A program made the position numbers and the translations under genes. The notes beneath the pieces were generated by a model, which ran no database searches, had not been told where the DNA came from, and saw only the letters and a list, made by a program, of their open reading frames with translations. Positions 25,551 to 32,000 of a stretch of DNA of 32,000 nt are shown here, piece after piece. Origin of the DNA: an uncultured Erysipelotrichaceae bacterium (GTDB taxonomy: Bacteria; Bacillota_I; Bacilli_A; Erysipelotrichales; Erysipelotrichaceae); contig CAYNZZ010000005.1 of assembly GCA_964401865.1 (NCBI GenBank), positions 30,001 to 62,000 of the forward strand, read 5' to 3'. How positions within the stretch are numbered: the first letter of the stretch is position 1; every line of letters starts with the position of its first letter.

Positions 25551-26970
25551 GAAGACGGCATTTAATTTTTCTATTTCATATTTTATAGTAAGGGCATTAT
25601 ATATCATAACTCCCATTTTTTCCGCAAAATTAATTAATGCAGCGGTAAATAGAGATTTAGATTTATTTTATAGATTAGTCATTATTAATGTAACGATTTT
25701 TTTAGTAACACAATTTTTTGATTTTATAAGCGATTTATGTGAAGAAGAATGTTACATAGATTCTTTTCAAAACTTAATCAATTTAATTAGTACTAAAATT
25801 AAAAGAATAGATTATAAGAAAAACGAATTAACGCTATCTGAAATTAATCAAATAATCGGGCAAGATTTCGAAAAATCAAACAAATATTTTTTTGTTGAAA
25901 AAATAAGATTTGTTTATTATTTTTTATCAATATTTGCAATCATAATTATTATGTTTGTGAAATCGAAAGAAATTTCTATTGTTATAGGAATAGTATTGTT
26001 ATGCTGTGTTTTAATCAACATTAAATTTGGGAAAAATATATCAAAAAAATCAGAATTTAGTCTAAATCAAATGGAAAAAATAAAAGATATATTAAATGAT
26101 CAATATAAAACTAATAAAGAAGACAGATTTTATCCAAATAAACAAATAACAAATGAACTTTATTTAGCAGAAAATAAAACTTTTAAAAAACTATCTAGAG
26201 AAAAAAATATAGCAAAGAGCTTTTATTTAAACATAGTATCATATGGAACTCTTAATGGAGTAATTTTACTTAGCATGATTTTATGCGATTTTTACTTATT
26301 GAAAGGGCAACTTGATATAGGCACATTGTATTTATTTCAATCATATACTTCTCAGTTATGGTTTCCTGGAGAGTTTATTTTTGAGTTTAAAGCAAAATAT
26401 AAAGAAAACAAACCTATTATTGATAAGATAAATCGACTATCAGAATTAGAAGAAATAGATGAAACATACGGCACAATTGATTGTATTGATTTAGTAAATT
26501 ATTCAGGAACTGATTCATATGGAAACAAATTGCATGAAGCGATTAACTATAGTTTTCAAAAAAATAAAATATATTTAATTAGAGGAGAAAATGGTTCAGG
26601 GAAGACTACTCTCATAGAGAATATTTTAGGTCTTGCAAAAAGATATAACGGAGAAATAAAATATAATAATTCTAACAAATATATTAATAATTTTACTTAT
26701 GTTCCATCCAAACCATATATTTCTAAGTATTTTGATAAAGGAGTACATAATGGTTCTGATGGACAAAAAAAGATTTTTCAATTGTCGAGATTATCTAATA
26801 GCGAACATGATGTAATAATATATGATGAGCCAAGTAATTACTTAGATGAGAATAATAAAAAAATAATGTTTGATATAATTGACAAGACAAAAAATAACAA
26901 GATAGTTATCATCATTTCCCATGATTTCGATTTATTCAATCGTGGTTATGAAGAACTTATTTTACGCTGA
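25522..26970 (+). CDS. Fused TMD-NBD ABC exporter (type I exporter fold) with a compact NBD
   Basis: An N-terminal multi-TM domain of roughly 300 aa. Walker A GENGSGKTT, signature-like GSDGQKK, Walker B VIIYDEPSNYLD and H-loop IIISHD. SD AAGGAG (25509-25514) lies before ATG 25522. 29-nt overlap with the SPASM ORF. Confidence 0.8.
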   Translation: MLKLFPLTSKKTAFNFSISYFIVRALYIITPIFSAKLINAAVNRDLDLFYRLVIINVTIFLVTQFFDFISDLCEEECYIDSFQNLINLISTKIKRIDYKKNELTLSEINQIIGQDFEKSNKYFFVEKIRFVYYFLSIFAIIIIMFVKSKEISIVIGIVLLCCVLINIKFGKNISKKSEFSLNQMEKIKDILNDQYKTNKEDRFYPNKQITNELYLAENKTFKKLSREKNIAKSFYLNIVSYGTLNGVILLSMILCDFYLLKGQLDIGTLYLFQSYTSQLWFPGEFIFEFKAKYKENKPIIDKINRLSELEEIDETYGTIDCIDLVNYSGTDSYGNKLHEAINYSFQKNKIYLIRGENGSGKTTLIENILGLAKRYNGEIKYNNSNKYINNFTYVPSKPYISKYFDKGVHNGSDGQKKIFQLSRLSNSEHDVIIYDEPSNYLDENNKKIMFDIIDKTKNNKIVIIISHDFDLFNRGYEELILR

Positions 26971-27016
26971 TGTTTTCCAAAAGAATAAATAATCCATTAA
27001 TTTATTAATAACATAG

Positions 27017-27139
27017 GAAGGTTTATTTGGTCATAGCGATATAAATATGACGCTTAAAACCTATACTCATTTATTAAACAAGAGTGAAGTAGAATTATTG
27101 AAGAATTTAGAAGAATTCTTCCCTAAATCTTCCCTATAA
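27017..27139 (+). pseudogene. Tyrosine recombinase (phage integrase family) C-terminal fragment
   Basis: The 40 codons after an in-frame TAG read EGLFGHSDINMTLKTYTHLLNKSEVELLKNLEEFFPKSSL*. GHSDI..TL.TY.H is the C-terminal catalytic-Tyr motif of integrases. The rest of the gene is absent. Confidence 0.7.
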
Positions 27140-27152
27140 CATATTTAAGTAT

Positions 27153-27177
27153 TAAAAAAGCCTTTATTTAAAGGCTT
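27153..27177 (-). terminator. Rho-independent terminator of ssrA
   Basis: On the minus strand the hairpin AAGCCTTTA/TAAAGGCTT (27158-27177) begins 11 nt after the tmRNA CCA end and is followed by T6. Confidence 0.75.
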
Positions 27178-27188
27178 AATGTGTAATA

Positions 27189-27534
27189 TGGTGGAACCGA
27201 CGGGAGTCGAACCCGTGTCCAAGAATAGCCCCACATTTAGACTTCTACAGTTTAGCTTATCTTGAATTAAGACAATATTTATGGCATAAGCTACCAACAT
27301 TGAATTCGTCTTTTCGGTTTTCAGCTAATGAGATAAGACTAACTCATTTCACCTATTCCATACCTACGATCATTACCGTATGGACACCAGTAATGAAAGC
27401 TTGCTAGTAGCCTAAAGTCGGCTTAATTAAGCAAATGCTAATTCGTTATTTCCGTTTATTTTTAGTTAATGATTAGGTCATCACTCCACTGCTATCTAAA
27501 TCCAGCATAAACCTGTCGAAACCATGACGGCCCC
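27189..27534 (-). ncRNA. ssrA: tmRNA (transfer-messenger RNA)
   Basis: The minus strand starts GGGGCCGUCAUGGUUUCGACAGG and ends GGACACGGGUUCGACUCCCGUCGGUUCCACCA (T-arm, acceptor stem with G3:U70, encoded CCA). An internal tag frame ...GGA AAU AAC GAA UUA GCA UUU GCU UAA is followed by the GCUUAAUUAAGC helix. Confidence 0.95.
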
Positions 27535-27544
27535 ATGTACTAAT

Positions 27545-27573
27545 ATTAAATAATATTAAAATAATTATGTCAA
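27545..27573 (-). promoter_or_regulatory. Candidate sigma-A promoter of ssrA
   Basis: The minus strand reads TTGACA (27573-27568), a 17-nt spacer, then TTTAAT (27550-27545), ending 10 nt before the mature 5' end. Confidence 0.5.
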
Positions 27574-27611
27574 TGATATATAATAATGTGGTTCGATAGA
27601 GGATAAAAGAT

Positions 27612-28781
27612 ATGTTTGAATGGATAATTAAAAAGACAGTAAGAAATTACGAAAATATAGAAGATAATACAGTTAGAGAAAAATATGGTGTTGTTTGTAG
27701 CACAATATCTATTGTACTAAATACTCTAATGGCCTTTTTTAAGTTAATTATTGGTTATGTTAGCGGAAGTGTTGCGATCACTGCTGACGGTTTTAATAAC
27801 TTTTCAGATATTGGCAGTAACTTAGCGACTCTTTTCGGTTTTAAGTTGGCTGGCAAACACCCTGATAGTGAACATCCATATGGGCATGGCAGAGTTGAAT
27901 ATATTGTTGGCATGGTAATTTCTTTTTTGATTTTAATGGTTGGCTTTACATCGATTAAAGAATCAGTAATTAAAATATTTGTTCCTGAAGAAGTAACATT
28001 TTCATACTATGCTGTATTGGTTTTGATTATATCTATATCTATTAAGTTTTGGATGTCTTATTTCAACAAAAGAGCTGGTCAAAAAATAAATTCATCGAGT
28101 TTATTAGCAGCTTCGCAAGACAGCATCAATGATGTTTATTCAACACTGGCGACTCTTTTTTCGCTCGTGCTATCTCTATTTATTGATTTTCCGGTTGATG
28201 GTTTTATCGGTTTATTTGTATCGGCGCTAGTCATTAAATCAGGTATTGAAATCTTTAAAGATATGATGACATCACTGCTTGGCAAAGCGCCTGATCCAGA
28301 ATTAGTAAAAGAAATAGAGTCTTTTGTACTGGAATATGATGAAGTATTAGGCATCCATGATTTAATGATTCACGATTATGGACCAGGAAGAAAATATATG
28401 ACTTTGCACGCCGAAGTCGATCGACATAAAGACATTAATGATATTCACGATCAGATTGATGAGATTGAAAGAGCTATATTACACAAATTTCAAATTTTGA
28501 CCACTATTCATATGGATCCGATTGATATTAAAGATGAGTACACAAACGAATTAAAAGAAAAAGTTATAACAATAGTTAAGAATATAAATCCAAATTATTC
28601 TATTCATGACTTTAGAGTAGTTAGAGGCAAGACACATACCAATTTGATATTTGATGTGGTGTTGCCATCTGATGACACTACAAAACACATTGATGTTAAA
28701 AACAAAATATGCCAAGAAGTTAGCAAGATTAGCGACGAAACATTATATTGTGTAATTGAGGTTGAACATTCTTATTGTTGA
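27612..28781 (+). CDS. Cation diffusion facilitator (CDF) family metal transporter
   Basis: Six TM helices with ITADGFNNFSDIGSN and HPYGHGRVEY motifs, plus a C-terminal cytoplasmic domain. SD GAGGA lies upstream. Confidence 0.85.
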   Translation: MFEWIIKKTVRNYENIEDNTVREKYGVVCSTISIVLNTLMAFFKLIIGYVSGSVAITADGFNNFSDIGSNLATLFGFKLAGKHPDSEHPYGHGRVEYIVGMVISFLILMVGFTSIKESVIKIFVPEEVTFSYYAVLVLIISISIKFWMSYFNKRAGQKINSSSLLAASQDSINDVYSTLATLFSLVLSLFIDFPVDGFIGLFVSALVIKSGIEIFKDMMTSLLGKAPDPELVKEIESFVLEYDEVLGIHDLMIHDYGPGRKYMTLHAEVDRHKDINDIHDQIDEIERAILHKFQILTTIHMDPIDIKDEYTNELKEKVITIVKNINPNYSIHDFRVVRGKTHTNLIFDVVLPSDDTTKHIDVKNKICQEVSKISDETLYCVIEVEHSYC

Positions 28782-29621
28782 TTATTTTTCGATAAACATA
28801 ATGTTTAAATCAACGGGGTAATTGATGCCATCAACTATTCCATTATCACTATATTGCCATATCTTAAATGGATAAATAAAATCTGGTTCATCGCTATATT
28901 GAGCAAACCAAATGTCATAGTTTAGTATTTGGTGTAAATCAAAAAATTCTGTACTCCAGTAAAGGTTGGTATATATCATACCTTCATATCCGTTTTCTGT
29001 GACTTTCTGAATAAAAGACATGGCATTATTGCTTCTTTGCTCGCCGGAAATATCTTTTATACGGCTATCATCGTAATCGATTTCTTCCAAGTCATAGACA
29101 ATGGGCAAGTCGATTTTTTTGTTGACGATATTTTCTAAAGTGAAGAAAGCCTCTTCCATTGCTTCTTTTTCATCAATAGCTTGAGAGAAAAAATATACGC
29201 CAACTTGAAGCCCGGCTTCTTTAGCGTTTTTGTAATTGGTTTCAAAATATTTATCAATGCTTATTTTTCCATTTACATATCCACGATATCCTAAACGCAA
29301 GTACACAAAATCAACGCCACTGTCTTTTACTTTTTTAAAATCGACATCTTCTTGATGAGATGAAATGTCAATCCCGACAAGGGAGCGGTATTTATCATCT
29401 TCGTAGTGATAGTAGGGACTTGAATTATCTAGTTTAGTCCAATCGTAATCGTGTAATGTTAGTTCGGCTAAATCATTAACTTTATTATAGGAATAATTAT
29501 AATAAACTGATGGGAAGAATAATAGTTTAATAATGGTAAAAACCGAAATAACGATTAGCACAAATGCGAAAAAAACAATAATCATTCTATCGGTACGAAG
29601 TTTTCTTTTTCTTTTTTTCAT
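28782..29621 (-). CDS. Membrane-anchored GH25 muramidase (lysozyme)
   Basis: GIDISSHQEDVDFKKVKDSGVDFVYLRLGYRGY and IVYDLEE are GH25 motifs. The N-terminus is a KKRKRK stretch plus a TM anchor. Confidence 0.85.
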   Translation of the reverse strand: MKKRKRKLRTDRMIIVFFAFVLIVISVFTIIKLLFFPSVYYNYSYNKVNDLAELTLHDYDWTKLDNSSPYYHYEDDKYRSLVGIDISSHQEDVDFKKVKDSGVDFVYLRLGYRGYVNGKISIDKYFETNYKNAKEAGLQVGVYFFSQAIDEKEAMEEAFFTLENIVNKKIDLPIVYDLEEIDYDDSRIKDISGEQRSNNAMSFIQKVTENGYEGMIYTNLYWSTEFFDLHQILNYDIWFAQYSDEPDFIYPFKIWQYSDNGIVDGINYPVDLNIMFIEK

Positions 29622-29665
29622 ACTTTTTATTATAAAAGATTATTGGAATTTGTTAGAATAAATTC

Positions 29666-31036
29666 ATGACATTATTAATACATTATTTTAAAGAATTATT
29701 TAAAGATAGAGATTTTATGAAAAAGGCATTGATGATCGCTATTCCGTTAATGCTTCAACAACTCATTGTCAATAGCGTAAACCTTGTTGATAACTTGATG
29801 GTTGGTCAACTTGGCGATCACTCTTTAAGCGCTGTAAGTAGTGCTAATCGTTTCTACTTTATTGCCACTATGGGCACTAATGGTATGATAGCTGCTTCAA
29901 TTATTTTTTTATCTCAATTTAATGGAGCTAATAATTATGACAAAATGAAAGAAACATTCCGTTTCTCTTTTATTAGTTCTTTTATTTTATGCTTTGTATT
30001 CTTTGTGGCTGCTTTATTGTTTCCGTCTTCTATCATTCATTTCTTTATTAATGATGCAACAATTATTTCGATAGGTTCAACATATTTAAAGATAGCTTGT
30101 TTTTCATATTTGCCAATGGTTATATCACTTTGTGTATCAAATGCTTTAAGGGCGATGGGAGAAACGAAATTGCCTTTATGTATATCAATTGTTTCAGTGG
30201 TTACTAATGTCATCTTAGATTATTTATTAATTTTTGGATTTAAGTTTATTCCGGCTATGGGTGTGGCCGGAGCTGCCATTGCAACTCTTGCTGCTAGAGT
30301 ATTAGAAGCGATTATTTATTTAATTGTCTTACATAAAAATGATTATCCATTTAAAACTAAGATAAAAGATATGTTTAAGATTGAGGGACATTTAGCCATG
30401 TCTATTTTAAAGAAGGCTCTTCCATTATGCGTTAATGAGATTTTATGGTCCGGTGGGATGGCGACTTTGCTAAAATTCTATTCAACTAGAGGTGTAGCTG
30501 CGAATACGGGATATAGTGTTTCATCGACAGTTGCCGATTTATTTTATGTATTATTTACTGGTATGGCAACAGCTTCAACAGTTTTGATAGGTACAGCTTT
30601 AGGAGCTAATAAAATCGACGAAGCAAGAGATAGTGGGTATAAACTTATCTGTTTCAGTATGATGTTATCATTGGTGTTTGGTTCAATGATGTTTACATCT
30701 TCATTTGCGGTACCATATATCTTTAATGTATCGGCAGAAGCTCAAACAATTGCCTCTAATTTTTTAAGAGTCATGTCTGTTTTATTCTGGTTATATATGT
30801 TTAATACACAATGCTACTTTACTTTAAGAGCAGGAGGCGACACAAAAAGCACGATGTTTATGGATTCAGTTTATATGTGGACGATTAATTTGCCTTTTGT
30901 TGGATTACTTGCATATTATACAAATATCAATATTTACTTATTATATGTCGCTGGTCAATGTACCGATTTTATTAAAGCGCTATTGTCATTTCATCTTGTG
31001 CGAAAAGAAAAATGGGTTCGCAATCTAACCCATTAG
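29666..31036 (+). CDS. MATE-family efflux transporter
   Basis: Polytopic protein with ALMIAIPLMLQQLIVNSVNLVDNLMVGQLGDHSLSAV, a MATE N-terminal signature. ATG 29717 (MKKALMIA...) is a plausible alternative start. Confidence 0.85.
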   Translation: MTLLIHYFKELFKDRDFMKKALMIAIPLMLQQLIVNSVNLVDNLMVGQLGDHSLSAVSSANRFYFIATMGTNGMIAASIIFLSQFNGANNYDKMKETFRFSFISSFILCFVFFVAALLFPSSIIHFFINDATIISIGSTYLKIACFSYLPMVISLCVSNALRAMGETKLPLCISIVSVVTNVILDYLLIFGFKFIPAMGVAGAAIATLAARVLEAIIYLIVLHKNDYPFKTKIKDMFKIEGHLAMSILKKALPLCVNEILWSGGMATLLKFYSTRGVAANTGYSVSSTVADLFYVLFTGMATASTVLIGTALGANKIDEARDSGYKLICFSMMLSLVFGSMMFTSSFAVPYIFNVSAEAQTIASNFLRVMSVLFWLYMFNTQCYFTLRAGGDTKSTMFMDSVYMWTINLPFVGLLAYYTNINIYLLYVAGQCTDFIKALLSFHLVRKEKWVRNLTH

Positions 31037-31450
31037 TTCACATTTTACGATACCGTCTAAATTTGAAAGGCGGTATTTTTTATTATCGTGTGTATAAATA
31101 TCAATGATTATATCGGCACTGTGGTCATATTCTTCCAGTGTTTCTTTGATAATATCGATAGTATCACTGTCTTTTAATAGACCATATAATTCGCCAATGG
31201 TTACAAAACAATTCTGTTTAGTTCTAGTGCCATCAAAATCATAGAATCTAGTCTGCTCAACATTTTTAAACAACTTGGCAAATTCTTCTTTAGAAAATAA
31301 ATATTTAATCGCTTCATAATTTATTTTATCTTCGATCGAAATGATACTAAGCTTTATCCATAACACAACATCTAGTGGAAGCATTGCCATATCTTCATCA
31401 CTTGGTTCAAAACTAATTATTTGATTTAAATTCATATTATCTACAAGCAT
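31025..31450 (-). CDS. Hypothetical small acidic protein
   Basis: ORF with GGTGAGGT 7 nt before ATG 31450; the track start at 31471 has no SD. I recognise no motif. Its 3' end overlaps the MATE 3' end by 12 nt. Confidence 0.5.
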   Translation of the reverse strand: MLVDNMNLNQIISFEPSDEDMAMLPLDVVLWIKLSIISIEDKINYEAIKYLFSKEEFAKLFKNVEQTRFYDFDGTRTKQNCFVTIGELYGLLKDSDTIDIIKETLEEYDHSADIIIDIYTHDNKKYRLSNLDGIVKCELMG

Positions 31451-31505
31451 ATTAATTACCTCACCATTCATTTATAACATAAGAGCGATAAAAAGTGGAT
31501 ATTGA

Positions 31506-32000
31506 TTATTTTAGTTTGATAATCCTATCTTGCATATACTCAGCATCTTTGATGACTTCTATTTCTCTATTTTCTATCATTTTATTTATTCTTTGCGCAG
31601 ACCATAAAATTGGAAGATGATATTCTAAGAACTTAGAATGAAGTTGTCGTTGATTGATGGGAGTGTGTCCCAAAATATCTTTAATCATAAAATCATAAAA
31701 ATCTTCTGGAACACTTATGATTTTGTCGTTGATTATTGAACGAAGAGGGCTATTGTCGCTAAGCAGTTTATGCCATATTTTGGCGTAGTGGTTCAAGATT
31801 TTGTTGCTCATTAAATGATTTGAAGAAAAATAGTTAGAATAGTGTTTAACACTGATTTCATTATAATTTAAGGTATGGTCGATATGTTTTGGGTTACTAC
31901 TAGATATTTCATAATATGGTATATCGAAAATAAATACAGGGCATGAATAGTCTTTTAGCACATCGCAAATAAAAGCTAGACCGCACAAAGAAGCCGGAGT
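31506..32000 (-). CDS. DUF1835/DUF3658-like protein (5' end outside the window)
   Basis: The frame stays open to base 32000 (...TPASLCGLAFICDVLKDY). The CGL-x-FI motif and the W-x-x-L...PLR...ISVPEDFYDFMI segment resemble the DUF1835 plus DUF3658 architecture. From memory only. Confidence 0.5.
   Translation of the reverse strand, partial: TPASLCGLAFICDVLKDYSCPVFIFDIPYYEISSSNPKHIDHTLNYNEISVKHYSNYFSSNHLMSNKILNHYAKIWHKLLSDNSPLRSIINDKIISVPEDFYDFMIKDILGHTPINQRQLHSKFLEYHLPILWSAQRINKMIENREIEVIKDAEYMQDRIIKLK

Larger units (their letters stand above)
25101..27139. mobile_element. Decayed integrative-island remnant flanking the 3' side of ssrA (SPASM fragment, ABC exporter, integrase fragment)
   Basis: A tyrosine-recombinase C-terminal fragment lies 50 nt from the tmRNA 3' end, and tmRNA genes are classic island attachment sites. 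The segment is visibly more AT-rich than its neighbours, and two of its three genes are truncated. I could not define the left boundary. Confidence 0.45.

Noticed and set aside
27541-27560. Tandem TAATATTAAA x2 upstream of ssrA
   Set aside because: A two-copy AT-only decamer that overlaps the candidate -10 region. This is simple-sequence coincidence rather than a repeat element.
1049-28354. Other short antisense ORFs in the track: 1049-1276, 5338-5574, 8520-8705, 11288-11485, 12176-12403, 16026-16217, 17684-17899, 23025-23231, 23783-23986 and 28136-28354
   Set aside because: Each lies fully or largely opposite a gene with strong family motifs. All are 61-78 aa with biased composition and lack an SD.
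1-32000. CRISPR arrays, rRNA and tRNA genes, IS elements with terminal inverted repeats
   Set aside because: By eye I found no regularly spaced direct repeats, no tRNA-like cloverleaf other than the tmRNA tRNA-like domain, and no transposase ORF. A computational scan could still find small elements I missed.

Overview
This is a 32-kb chromosomal segment from a low-GC Bacillota-type genome. It uses genetic code 11 (TGA is a stop, for example at 1951-1953), and most genes have AGGAGG-type Shine-Dalgarno sites. My guess of an Erysipelotrichia/Clostridia-like organism cannot be verified here. All protein calls rest on motifs I recognise in the supplied translations; no searches were run. About two thirds of the window is housekeeping. 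One co-directional, partly overlapping gene chain runs from 1 to 5057: probable CCA-enzyme tail, NUDIX, RluA-family synthase, ybaK, HAD, ald, Cof-HAD. The Bacillus-like block rnmV-rsmA-ispE-glmU(like)-prs follows at 5369-9704, and secG-rnr-smpB lies at 17697-20467. The rest of the housekeeping set is two MATE exporters, a PPi-dependent phosphofructokinase, a TSUP permease, a CDF transporter and a membrane-anchored GH25 muramidase. Four regions deserve a second look. (1) 10526-16332 is a tightly packed five-gene operon: OmpR-type regulator, histidine kinase, a kinase-less and PBP-less multi-PASTA membrane protein, a MacB/FtsX-type permease and an ABC ATPase. I do not recognise this as a described module. 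(2) 25.1-27.2 kb is visibly more AT-rich and looks like a decayed integrative island at the 3' side of the tmRNA gene. It holds an ORF that is only a SPASM-type Cys cluster domain (radical-SAM core missing), an overlapping ABC exporter with an unusually compact nucleotide-binding domain, and a 40-codon tyrosine-recombinase C-terminal fragment. (3) ssrA (27189-27534, minus strand) is uncoupled from smpB and inverted; a roughly 7-kb inversion would restore the canonical smpB-ssrA arrangement. (4) The glmU homologue has lost the uridyltransferase glycine-rich loop. Smaller observations are a metallophosphoesterase pseudogene with in-frame stops in a 700-bp gap, three TATAAT-N6/7-ATG junctions without SD (candidate leaderless mRNAs), and 11-bp-phased direct repeats in front of the two-component operon. 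I saw no CRISPR array, rRNA or tRNA gene.
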